Both the position numbers and the translations under genes were made by a program. From NCBI GenBank assembly GCA_964368645.1, contig CAYJBY010000008.1, forward strand, positions 47,249 to 111,248: a stretch of 64,000 nucleotides of DNA, read 5' to 3'. The DNA comes from an uncultured Christensenellaceae bacterium. Lineage in GTDB: Bacteria; Bacillota; Clostridia; Christensenellales; CAG-1252. Below the pieces are notes generated by a model that was given only the letters and a program-made list of their open reading frames with translations, was not told the DNA's origin and ran no database searches. Below, one piece after another: positions 36,648-45,786 of this stretch; positions within the stretch are counted from its first letter, which is position 1; each line of letters begins with the position of its first letter.

Positions 36648-37940
36648 ATGAAAGAACCGACAACTACCGGGTTAAAGCTTACCAAAAGCACGCTGAAGGA
36701 AAAGATTTTCTACGGGTGCGGAGGCGCAGGCGGTAATTTTGTTTGGCAATTTGCAGCCGGATTTTTGAATTACTACTATACCGAAAGCGCAGGCATTGCC
36801 GCGGCAACGGTTGCCACGATGATGCTCGTATCCAGATTTTTGGACGGTTTCAGCGATATTTTAATGGGCGTGCTGATAGAAAAATGCCACTGCCGACTGG
36901 GTAAAGCCCGTACCTTTATAACGATTTTTGCTCTTCCGTTGTGCATTAGCTTGATTTTGTTAATGAGCGTCCCATCATCCCTTGGCACCGCAGGCAAAAC
37001 CGTTTATATGTACTTTACTTACATATTTATGACGGTTATATGCTACACCGCCGTCAACCTTTCCTATCACGCGATGGTTCCTATGATTTCCGCGGACGAA
37101 AGCGACCGCAATATGATAAGCATTGTCCGCAATATTATATCCTGCGCGGCGATAGGTCTGGTCAATATAATCACCACTCGTCTTCTTAATCTTTTCGGCG
37201 GCAGTTCCGATCAAAGGTCTTGGACTATAGTTGCGGTTATCTATGCGATTTGCGGCTCTATCTGTCTGGCTCTTTGCATAATCAACGTGAAAGAAAAACC
37301 CGAGCTGACGCAGACGCAACAGTCATCTGCTCAAAAGGTTCCGCTGAAGCTGTCGCTAAAAGCAACCGCGACTAACAGGTTCTTTTATATATCGATGCTG
37401 ATTTTTGTACTCCACTATATGACGGTGGGCTTTCAGGGAATGGGCATCTACTACGCCAACAGTATATTGGGCAACGAGGACTTTTACGGTTGGGTAACTA
37501 TTGTCTCGGCTGTGCCGAGTGTGGCAGGCATATTGATTGTGCCGCCGCTGTTTAAGCGGTTCGGCAAACGGCTATCGGTAATAATGGGTATGGGAGTATC
37601 CACCGCCGCCTGCCTTTTAACCCTTATCCGCCCCGAAAATCTGTATTTGTATTTGGCGATGCAGGCTATCAAAACCTTCGGAACCATACCTCTCGTCACC
37701 GCTATGTTCACCTATGCCGCGGATATAGTTGATATAGGCGACTGGAAAACAGGTATCCGCGCAGAGGGCTTTGCCTTTACCGCCAACAGTTTCGGAATGA
37801 AAATAGGCACCGGCATCGGTGCCGCGGCGGTAGGTTGGATGTTGGATTTAGGCGGTTACGTTGCCGCGTCACCCACCCAAACTCAAGCCGCGTCAAACGC
37901 TATTATCAATACTAATATCACCCTTCCTGCGATATGCTAA
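36648..37940 (+). CDS. GPH-family (MelB/YicJ-like) glycoside:cation symporter, interrupted by an in-frame TAA (frame continues to 38087)
   Basis: KIFYGCGGAGGNFVWQF and LVSRFLDGFSDILMG are GPH motifs. After TAA at 37938-37940 the same frame reads ALILVLLLFWNMDKKYPHLKEDLQQRRE...V*, ending in an ATGA overlap with the next gene. Confidence 0.8.
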   Translation: MKEPTTTGLKLTKSTLKEKIFYGCGGAGGNFVWQFAAGFLNYYYTESAGIAAATVATMMLVSRFLDGFSDILMGVLIEKCHCRLGKARTFITIFALPLCISLILLMSVPSSLGTAGKTVYMYFTYIFMTVICYTAVNLSYHAMVPMISADESDRNMISIVRNIISCAAIGLVNIITTRLLNLFGGSSDQRSWTIVAVIYAICGSICLALCIINVKEKPELTQTQQSSAQKVPLKLSLKATATNRFFYISMLIFVLHYMTVGFQGMGIYYANSILGNEDFYGWVTIVSAVPSVAGILIVPPLFKRFGKRLSVIMGMGVSTAACLLTLIRPENLYLYLAMQAIKTFGTIPLVTAMFTYAADIVDIGDWKTGIRAEGFAFTANSFGMKIGTGIGAAAVGWMLDLGGYVAASPTQTQAASNAIINTNITLPAIC

Positions 37941-38083
37941 GCTTTGATACTGGTATTGCTTTTGTTCTGGAATATGGACAAAAAGTATCCGCATCTTAAG
38001 GAGGATTTGCAGCAACGGAGAGAACAGGCGAACACCGCCGCCGTTGAGGGCGATATACCCGTATTGCAGGAGGAGCCGTCAGT

Positions 38084-39679
38084 ATGATTAAGGAAGAACT
38101 TACAACACTATCAAGAGCAAGCTGTCCGGAGCAAGTCGGAATATCCTCACGTGCAGTGGTCGCACTGCTGAAGGAGCTGGAAACCGTCGGCTACGAGTAT
38201 CACAGCTTTATGGCGTTATACAAGGGCGTGGTTGCGGCTGAATGTTACCGCTACCCCTTCTCCGCCACCGAGACTCATTGTATGTACTCGATCAGTAAGC
38301 ACGTAACCGCCACGGCACTCGGATTTGCCGTCAGCGAGGGAAAAATATCGCTCGATACGAAAATTTGCGAGATTTTCCCAGACAAAATGCCGAAAAAGGA
38401 TCCTCTTTTCAAGGAAACCACTATCAGGCACCTAGTGACGATGACGGCAGGCAAAAACCCCTCAGCCTTAACGGACAAAAGAAAACCGAACTGGTTTGAG
38501 CAGTTAAGCGAATGTCGGCGCGTATCCGCACCCGGAGAACAATTCAAGTACGTCAACGAATGCGCTTACGTCCTAAGCGCGTGCCTTAAAAAAGTTTTGG
38601 GCGAGGGAATAAACGACTATCTTACCCCAAGGCTATGGGAGCCTTTGGGAATCGAAAAACCGTTTTGGGAAACGGACAGCCGCGGCGTAGAGGCAGGCGG
38701 TTGGGGAATACAGCTGAAAACGGAAGACCTTGCCAAGCTCTCCCTGTGTTACTATAACGGCGGCGTGCTTTTCGGACGGCAGATACTTCCGTCGGAGTGG
38801 GCGAAACAGGCTACTGCGTATCAATCAGTGGTTAGTTCGGGAGAGGACGTTAATACCGCAAAGGGCTACGGCTACAGCTTTTGGCGTTACACCGACACTT
38901 TATGGCATTTTGAAGGAATGTACGGACAGGAAGCACATGTTTTTGAGGATCTGGGCTTGATATTGGTAGTAACCAGCGGAGATTTTGCGCCGAAACGCAA
39001 AAACGAGTACTTCCGCAAGTACGCCAAACAAATGATAATCGACGCGGACGAGAAGGCAACGCCGTCCGCCGAATATACCGACTTTATCGGCTCAAGAGCT
39101 TTGGACGTCTATCCGAAAAGCGAAATCAGATCTCCGCTTGAGAAGACGATTGAAGGGAAAACGTGGAGACTGAAAAAACACCCCTTGCTTAACGCTATAG
39201 GCTTGCCGTTAAGCGTGCTGGCTCCTGCAACGGTCTTTATGTCAAAAAACAGAGCAGGAAACATAAACGACGTACAATTTTGCTTCAGCGAACAGGGCTG
39301 TACGTTCTCTTGGTCGGAAAAAGAGGAGCGCAATACCGTACTTTGCAATATGAACGGCGGCTATTATAAGTCGAAAATGCGTCTTGCGGATATAGAGCTT
39401 ACCGCCTACTCTGCGGCGCGCTGGCTTGACTCCGAAACACTGGAAATCTCAATCCGCCCGATGCAAACCATTGCAAAAAGAGTGCTGACCTTTAGGTTCG
39501 CCGATAATCGTCTTACTATGAGCGTTAAACTGTCGCCGCCCGTGCGGTGCGTGCTGGAATCCGTCGCTTACGACGTTATGAAAGGCATACGCCCTAAGGC
39601 GTTGCAAAAAGCATTAATAAACGTATTTTTGGGCTTCGACAGATATTTAGAGCCGAAAACCAAGGGCAAAAAGCTGTAA
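38084..39679 (+). CDS. Serine hydrolase, beta-lactamase/transpeptidase-like (class C/esterase type) with a C-terminal domain
   Basis: SISKHVTA (SxxK) nucleophile motif, no signal peptide, 531 aa. Confidence 0.7.
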   Translation: MIKEELTTLSRASCPEQVGISSRAVVALLKELETVGYEYHSFMALYKGVVAAECYRYPFSATETHCMYSISKHVTATALGFAVSEGKISLDTKICEIFPDKMPKKDPLFKETTIRHLVTMTAGKNPSALTDKRKPNWFEQLSECRRVSAPGEQFKYVNECAYVLSACLKKVLGEGINDYLTPRLWEPLGIEKPFWETDSRGVEAGGWGIQLKTEDLAKLSLCYYNGGVLFGRQILPSEWAKQATAYQSVVSSGEDVNTAKGYGYSFWRYTDTLWHFEGMYGQEAHVFEDLGLILVVTSGDFAPKRKNEYFRKYAKQMIIDADEKATPSAEYTDFIGSRALDVYPKSEIRSPLEKTIEGKTWRLKKHPLLNAIGLPLSVLAPATVFMSKNRAGNINDVQFCFSEQGCTFSWSEKEERNTVLCNMNGGYYKSKMRLADIELTAYSAARWLDSETLEISIRPMQTIAKRVLTFRFADNRLTMSVKLSPPVRCVLESVAYDVMKGIRPKALQKALINVFLGFDRYLEPKTKGKKL

Positions 39680-39681
39680 TT

Positions 39682-40818
39682 TTACCACTTATTTTCCACG
39701 TACTCGCAGAAAGCGTACATATCCTTGACCGTAAGAACAGTACCGTCGTCAAGGGTAACTTTTCCGTTCCAAAGTCCGTGCGCCTGATGGCAAATCACCC
39801 TTACCGCATTGACGATATTAAGGTCGGAAAAATGATCGTAAAAGGGGTGCATTGTCATTTCAAACCGTCCGTCCTGTGAGGTTATCACCCAATCCTGCAT
39901 ATACTTATCCGGCTTAGGAAAGGTCTTGACGTCCACCGCGCCGATTTTGTGAGCCTTGCCGTCGTAAAACAGACAGGTTTCCGTCGCCTTGGACTCGTTG
40001 CCGATACCCCAAGTAATTTCAAAGCCGAAGGTGTGCTTAACTCCCTTGTCATCGTAAAGGTAGGTCGAACCGTTGCCCCAGTACCAGTTGATACGGCGCG
40101 GTGCGCATACCCTGCCCCAGTCCATACAGCAGAAGGTGTTGTCCTTTGAAAAAGTCCAAACCTCGTCGCCGTACTTGAATACACCCTCGCAGGGCATACA
40201 GTTTTGCTTGGTGGTCATAAAAAACCGCGTAGGCTGACCGTCAAAGGGAAGTACGGTGGTGATATTCTCGTGTCCTTCGGGAATATCCATTACAAAACGG
40301 CACTCTAGGGGTTTGCCCTTATAGGTGGTTTTGTACTCCACGGTGCGGCTATTTTCCGTTGTATCGAACAAGCAATCTGCCGCGGCACCCAACCCCGTAA
40401 TGTGGAAAGCTGTGCGGTTAGGTCTGTCGCCCACCTTAGGCAAAACGTATTTATTACGTCCGCCGACAAAGGTTGTGGTTGCGCCGACAAGCATACCCTT
40501 AAGATATTTTTTGGACTCGTCCGCGTGCCGCAGGTCGTTAAGACAGATAGACGCGTACCCTGCAACCGATACGTTGGCAAAGCTGAGTAAGACCTGAAGC
40601 TCGCCGTTGGAAATCAAATAATATTCCCACTCCTTATTGCGAAGAGCAGGCTTAACCTTGGTGCGGTCGTAGTCGAAAACCATACGTCTTGCCCAACCTG
40701 CCGCCAGCAAGTTGCCCTTGTCGTCCAGTAGAGGAGTTTTTTCGGTGTATTCCCGTTGCTCGCTTACAAAATTACCGTCTAAAAAGGAGCGGTATGGTTT
40801 CTTCTCGTCCTGCATCAT
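39682..40818 (-). CDS. DUF2804-family protein
   Basis: Start moved to MMQDEKKPYRSF (GGAGGAC RBS). The ORF-track N-terminal 64 aa lack support. KEWEYYLISNG and CMDWGRVCAPRRINWYWGNG resemble DUF2804. Confidence 0.65.
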   Translation of the reverse strand: MMQDEKKPYRSFLDGNFVSEQREYTEKTPLLDDKGNLLAAGWARRMVFDYDRTKVKPALRNKEWEYYLISNGELQVLLSFANVSVAGYASICLNDLRHADESKKYLKGMLVGATTTFVGGRNKYVLPKVGDRPNRTAFHITGLGAAADCLFDTTENSRTVEYKTTYKGKPLECRFVMDIPEGHENITTVLPFDGQPTRFFMTTKQNCMPCEGVFKYGDEVWTFSKDNTFCCMDWGRVCAPRRINWYWGNGSTYLYDDKGVKHTFGFEITWGIGNESKATETCLFYDGKAHKIGAVDVKTFPKPDKYMQDWVITSQDGRFEMTMHPFYDHFSDLNIVNAVRVICHQAHGLWNGKVTLDDGTVLTVKDMYAFCEYVENKW

Positions 40819-40963
40819 AAGTCCTCCGTCTTTTTTTCTTATTATAATCCATATCCGCACAATAAGCAACGGGGATTTTTTGTGGCAATTCCAATAACTG
40901 CCGTATTGCAACGCCTTATTACTTGTGATATACTTGTAGTATATCGACTTATGCGGAGGACAA

Positions 40964-42460
40964 ATGGATAAAGCTGCCAAATTAAGCAAACGCTCTGTTT
41001 CGACCATCATTATTTACGGTATGGTCGGGCATATTGCCTGGTGCATCGAAAACGCATTTTTGAATTTGTACGTTTACCGTACCATAACCACCAACCTCAG
41101 CGTAGTATCGGCAATGGTTGCGGCAAGCGCGGTTATCGCCACCTTCGCCACAATTGTTATGGGTTGGGTGTCCGACAGAGTCGGCAAGCGTAAGCCCTTT
41201 ATGACCTACGGCTATATGCTGTGGGGCGTTTCCGTTATGCTTTTTGCGGTGTTTTCCATCAAAAATATGCAGTCCGCTTTCGGCGTTGACAGAGATAAAG
41301 CCATAATCCTTGCCTGCGTCGGTATGGTCTTTTTGGATTGCCTTATGTCCTTTATCGGCTCAACCGCCAACGACGCCGCTTTTCACGCTTGGGTAACGGA
41401 CAACACCAACAAGTTTAACAGAGGTAAAACCGAAGCCCTCATTACAGTGCTTGCGGTGCTTGCCACCGTTATTACCACCGTTCCTTTCGAGATGACGGGC
41501 GTAACCACCAACAAATATTTCGACGCGGCGGGCAACGCGGTGAAAAGCGCGGTTGAGGGCGGCACAACGGTTATGGGCAACTGGACGCTGTTCTACTGCG
41601 TTCTGGGCGGCGTAACGATATTGGCAGGTATTATCGGACTGTTTTTAATTAAGGATAATCCCTCGCTGAAACCCCAGAAAAGTATGCCGTTCAAGGAGCT
41701 TTTTTACGGGTTCCGCCCCTCTGTGGTTAAGAAAAACAAGTACCTTTACTTGGTTTTTGCCACCTTGGCTATTTCCTATATTGCCAACAACTGTTTCTCC
41801 AACTATCTGCTGATTTATCTCCAAAACACCTTGAAATGCGACGAGTACGTCACTTTCCTCGGTCTTGGGTATCTTCTTCCCTACGCGATTATCTACGGTT
41901 CAAGCGCGATTCTCGGCATTATTATCGGCGTTGTGGTTGACAAAAAAACGAAAAAAGCCACTCTCATTATCCCCGGCGCGGCTCTTTCCTGCGTGGGCGC
42001 GGTGCTTATGTACGTTTTCAGTCCCAACTTCTTTGAGATTGGTATGACTACCCTCGTGCTGTTCTGCGTGGGCGCGTTTATCCAGTCTATGGGCGCGACT
42101 ATGGTTGCCGTAGTATGTCTTACGACTATTCGTAACCTTACGCCTCCGGATAAGGTCGGCAGATTCCTAGGGGTGAAAATGGTCTTCGCGGTTATGCTCC
42201 CTATGTGTATCGGCAGCGTTGTATCGGGTATCGTCTCCAGCAGTGACAAATATATATCCGGCTTTGACGAGTTCGGTCACGCGGTTTATACCTGCCCTCC
42301 CGTTATCTTCCTTTTAACCGCAGGTATCGTGCTTTTTGCCATATTGACCGCAATCCCCTTGGTGAAAGCCCCCAACGGTGCGTTAGTAACCCCTGCCGAG
42401 GGCGTTCCCACAGCGGAAGTACATCAGGTGGAGGAAACAGCGGAACTGAAGGACGCATAA
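40964..42460 (+). CDS. MFS-type transporter (GPH-like sugar/oligosaccharide symporter)
   Basis: 498 aa with about 12 TM helices and a SDRVGKRKPF loop motif. GGAGGA RBS. Divergent from the DUF2804 gene. Confidence 0.75.
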   Translation: MDKAAKLSKRSVSTIIIYGMVGHIAWCIENAFLNLYVYRTITTNLSVVSAMVAASAVIATFATIVMGWVSDRVGKRKPFMTYGYMLWGVSVMLFAVFSIKNMQSAFGVDRDKAIILACVGMVFLDCLMSFIGSTANDAAFHAWVTDNTNKFNRGKTEALITVLAVLATVITTVPFEMTGVTTNKYFDAAGNAVKSAVEGGTTVMGNWTLFYCVLGGVTILAGIIGLFLIKDNPSLKPQKSMPFKELFYGFRPSVVKKNKYLYLVFATLAISYIANNCFSNYLLIYLQNTLKCDEYVTFLGLGYLLPYAIIYGSSAILGIIIGVVVDKKTKKATLIIPGAALSCVGAVLMYVFSPNFFEIGMTTLVLFCVGAFIQSMGATMVAVVCLTTIRNLTPPDKVGRFLGVKMVFAVMLPMCIGSVVSGIVSSSDKYISGFDEFGHAVYTCPPVIFLLTAGIVLFAILTAIPLVKAPNGALVTPAEGVPTAEVHQVEETAELKDA

Positions 42461-42541
42461 ACGCCGCTCTTCAGCCCGTTAGGAATAACTGTCTATCACC
42501 GCAAGGTTTTTTCGATTTTCGCCGCCGAAAGGCGCATAATT

Positions 42542-42569
42542 AACGTCCGTTTTTACGGACGTTTTTTTG
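42542..42569 (+). terminator. Rho-independent terminator
   Basis: Stem aacgtccgt/acggacgtt with loop tttt and T7. It is followed by a 12-bp tandem duplication, tgtaagattttt x2. Confidence 0.8.
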
Positions 42570-42651
42570 TAAGATTTTTGTAAGATTTTTGTCATTACCC
42601 TGCAAGAATTCTTTTTTATAATGTAGCCGTAACCTTAAAGGAGGACGGATA

Positions 42652-44217
42652 ATGAAAACGAAAATCGCTTTAACAGGAGCAAGCGGAAATATGGGGCGCG
42701 AAGCCTTAAGACAGCTAATGGAGCTTGAGGACGTAGTCCTTGTACGTATTCTTTTGCTCAATACACCCAAGGACAAAGCCTACGGCGTTGCAATGCGGCA
42801 GAAGTACGGCAAAAGACTTCAAACGGTTATCGGCAATATAGCCGACCTTGATACCTGCCGCCGCCTTGTGGCGGACGTGGATTACGTTATTCACCTTGCT
42901 GCCGTCATACCTCCCGTATCCGACCACAAGCCCGATGCGGCGTATGCCTGCAATTTTACAGGCACCTGCAATCTGGTGGACGCGGTTAAGGAGCTAGGCG
43001 ACAAACAGCCGAAGTTTGTGCATACCTCAACAGTGGCCGTTTACGGCAACCGCAATTACCTGCACCCTTGGGGAAGAGTGGGCGATCCCCTTTTGCCCAG
43101 TGCCTACGACTGCTACGCGGCAGGCAAGCTGAAAGCGGAAAGGTACGTTCTGGAAGCGGAGCTTAAGTGCTGGGCGGTACTGCGTCAGACTGCGATGCTT
43201 CATAACAAAATGCTCACCGACAATATGAAGGACGGACTTATGTTCCACACCTGCATTAACGCGCCCTTGGAGTGGGTAACTGCAAGAGACAGCGGTCTAT
43301 TGATAAAAAACCTTATAAAACGCGACCTTAAGGGCGAAATCCCCGATTTTTGGAAAAGGTGCTACAACATCGGCGGCGGCGAACAAAACCGCATTACGGG
43401 CTACGAAACCTTTGACGGCGGCTTTCGGATAATCGGCGGCTCTGTGGAAAAGTTTATGAAACCCGAATGGCAGTCCATAAGGAATTTCCACGGCTTGTGG
43501 TTCGCAGACGGCGATTTGCTCAATAATTATTTTGATTATCAGCACGACAGCGTGGACGACTACTGGAAGGAGATTCTAAGCAAGCACCGCTATTACAAAA
43601 TCGCGTCCGTGGTTCCCTCGGAGCTTATCTCCAAACTGGCGATACAGCGTTTGCTCAAGGATATTAACGCTCCGCGAAAGTGGATAGACCTGAACGATAA
43701 GGGCAAGGTTAAAGCCTATTTCGGCAGTAAGGATAATATCAGCTGTCTTTCCGAAAGCTGGGAGGATTACCCTATTTTGGCGAAGGGCAGAGTCGTCAAC
43801 GGCACACTTGACTATCAAGCGATGCGCAAGCGCGAAAACACCGAGAAAATGGGCTACCTTCTAAACCACGGCTATGACGAGTCAAAGGCGGACTGCGAGC
43901 TGGATATCGAGGATATGCGGCAAGCGGCGGAGTTCCGCGGCGGCAAGTGCCTGTCCGAAACGATGGTTAAGGGCGACCTGTACTCCAAGCTAAGCTGGGA
44001 ATGTCACGACGGTCATCGCTTTGAGGCAACTCCCTACACCGTGTTAAAATGCGGTCACTGGTGCCCGATATGCTGTCAGCCCCAGCCGTGGGATTTTGAC
44101 AGACTGGCTAAGTTCATTCCGTTTTACGCGCAGGTCTGGTACGATTCCCACGCCAAAGAGGAAAATTGCACCTACTTTTTTGACAGCCACGACAAGGCAC
44201 AATACACGAGGTACTGA
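42652..44217 (+). CDS. NAD-dependent epimerase/dehydratase-family (extended SDR) protein with a long C-terminal extension ending in a Cys/His zinc-ribbon-like motif
   Basis: KIALTGASGNMG Rossmann motif and YAAGK (YxxxK). C-terminal CHDGHRFEATPYTVLKCGHWCPIC. Confidence 0.7.
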   Translation: MKTKIALTGASGNMGREALRQLMELEDVVLVRILLLNTPKDKAYGVAMRQKYGKRLQTVIGNIADLDTCRRLVADVDYVIHLAAVIPPVSDHKPDAAYACNFTGTCNLVDAVKELGDKQPKFVHTSTVAVYGNRNYLHPWGRVGDPLLPSAYDCYAAGKLKAERYVLEAELKCWAVLRQTAMLHNKMLTDNMKDGLMFHTCINAPLEWVTARDSGLLIKNLIKRDLKGEIPDFWKRCYNIGGGEQNRITGYETFDGGFRIIGGSVEKFMKPEWQSIRNFHGLWFADGDLLNNYFDYQHDSVDDYWKEILSKHRYYKIASVVPSELISKLAIQRLLKDINAPRKWIDLNDKGKVKAYFGSKDNISCLSESWEDYPILAKGRVVNGTLDYQAMRKRENTEKMGYLLNHGYDESKADCELDIEDMRQAAEFRGGKCLSETMVKGDLYSKLSWECHDGHRFEATPYTVLKCGHWCPICCQPQPWDFDRLAKFIPFYAQVWYDSHAKEENCTYFFDSHDKAQYTRY

Positions 44218-44218
44218 T

Positions 44219-45097
44219 ATGAAAGCCGTATTTTACGTTTTTTCGGGAACGGGCAACACCAAAAGAATCTGCAAGCTGTTTGCAGAGGAATTGTCCAAAT
44301 ATAACTGCAACTGCGACCTTTACGATATTACCGCAAGCGGCACGGACGTACCCTCGCCAAATAATTACGACAGAGTCTGCATTGCCTATCCCGTACACGG
44401 GTTCAACGCCCCCGAAATAGTTATGAGGTTTGCGGAAAAACTGCCTGCTTCCTCGCAAGCGGTTTATTATCTCAAGACCTCGGGCGAACCGCTTAAGCTT
44501 AATTCCGCCTCCTCTTGCAAGCTAATTAAGTGCTTGGCGGCTAAGGGATATCAAGCAGGCGCGGAATTTCACTACGTAATGCCCTACAATATGATTTTCA
44601 GGCACAGCGACGCGATGGTGGCTAAGATGTGGGAAGCGGCGAAGAACGGAGTGCCCTCCGACGCGGCGGTTATGGCAAGGGGCGAAAGGTTGCCGATTAA
44701 CCCCTCCGCGCCCTACAAGCTGGTGTCCGCAGTCGTAGCGGTGGAACACCCTGCAATGCACCTTATAGGCAGGGGCTTCAAGGTAGATGAGGACAAGTGC
44801 CTAAAATGCGGAAAGTGCGTTAAGAACTGCCCTCAGAACAATATCAGCGTTAAGGACGGCAAAATCACCTTCGGAAAAGACTGCATAGGCTGTGTGCGCT
44901 GTTCATTTAATTGCCCCACCGCCGCAATACGGATAGGCTTGCTTAACGGCTGGCGCGTCAACGGCGCGTACGATTTTGACACAAAAGCGACGGGAGAGGT
45001 CTGCCGATACTGCAAAAAGTCCTATACGGCGTATTTCAAAAACAAAAACAGCCTGTCCGCGTTGCAAAAAGACGAGGCGTATGCTAGAATTAAATAA
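44219..45097 (+). CDS. EFR1-family ferredoxin (flavodoxin-like domain + 2x[4Fe-4S])
   Basis: Start moved to MKAVFYVFSGTGNTKRICKLF. CLKCGKCVKNCP and CIGCVRCSFNCP motifs. Confidence 0.75.
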   Translation: MKAVFYVFSGTGNTKRICKLFAEELSKYNCNCDLYDITASGTDVPSPNNYDRVCIAYPVHGFNAPEIVMRFAEKLPASSQAVYYLKTSGEPLKLNSASSCKLIKCLAAKGYQAGAEFHYVMPYNMIFRHSDAMVAKMWEAAKNGVPSDAAVMARGERLPINPSAPYKLVSAVVAVEHPAMHLIGRGFKVDEDKCLKCGKCVKNCPQNNISVKDGKITFGKDCIGCVRCSFNCPTAAIRIGLLNGWRVNGAYDFDTKATGEVCRYCKKSYTAYFKNKNSLSALQKDEAYARIK

Positions 45098-45107
45098 GGA
45101 GAATATT

Positions 45108-45785
45108 ATGCAAAGAAAGGTTTTAATCGCGGAAGATAACACTGATTTGTCCGATATGATGCGGAATTACCTGATTAAAGCAGGTCATACCGTTTATCAG
45201 GCTTACGACGGCGCACAAGCCATAGAGCTTGCCTACAAGCTCCGTCCCGATTTGGTACTGCTGGATATAATGATGCCCCTATTGGACGGTTATCAGGTTT
45301 GCGAAACTCTGCGTTCGGAAGTCAATATTCCTATAATCGTGGTGTCTGCTAAGGTCGCGGAAGAGGACAAAATCCGCCTTTTCGAGCTGGGCGCGGACGA
45401 TTATATTACCAAACCTTTTTCCTTTAAGGAGATGGTTTCCCGTGTGGCGGCACAGCTTCGCCGTTACTACGATTTCAACAAGCAACCCCAAAACGACCGC
45501 GTTTACGGCAAACTGCGTATAGTGTCGGATCGTTACGAGGCGAAGGTTGACGGCGAAATTCTCAATCTGACGGCTAAGGAGTTTAAGCTCTTAGACGTTT
45601 TAACCGCCAATAATAACCGCATTTTCAGCAAGCAAAAGCTTATTGACGAGGTTTGGGGCTACGACGAGTATATCGACGAGAACACCGTTTCCGTCACCAT
45701 CGCCCGTCTTAGGGAAAAGCTGAATCAGGTGGGTATCGGCAACGTGACCACCGTGTGGGGCTTAGGCTACAAGTGGCAGGATTGA
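45108..45785 (+). CDS. OmpR-family response regulator
   Basis: Start moved to MQRKVLIAEDN (AAGGAGA RBS). Receiver domain D...DIMMP...K plus a winged-helix C-terminus (TVWGLGYKW). Confidence 0.9.
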   Translation: MQRKVLIAEDNTDLSDMMRNYLIKAGHTVYQAYDGAQAIELAYKLRPDLVLLDIMMPLLDGYQVCETLRSEVNIPIIVVSAKVAEEDKIRLFELGADDYITKPFSFKEMVSRVAAQLRRYYDFNKQPQNDRVYGKLRIVSDRYEAKVDGEILNLTAKEFKLLDVLTANNNRIFSKQKLIDEVWGYDEYIDENTVSVTIARLREKLNQVGIGNVTTVWGLGYKWQD

Positions 45786-45786
45786 T

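Noticed and set aside
37938-37940. Alternative genetic code (TAA reassigned) as an explanation for the in-frame stop in the GPH transporter.
   Set aside because: Many well-defined genes in the window terminate cleanly at TAA with terminators or coupled starts right after (for example 4715-4717, 8883-8885, 48249-48251). No other in-frame TAA was seen in conserved domains.
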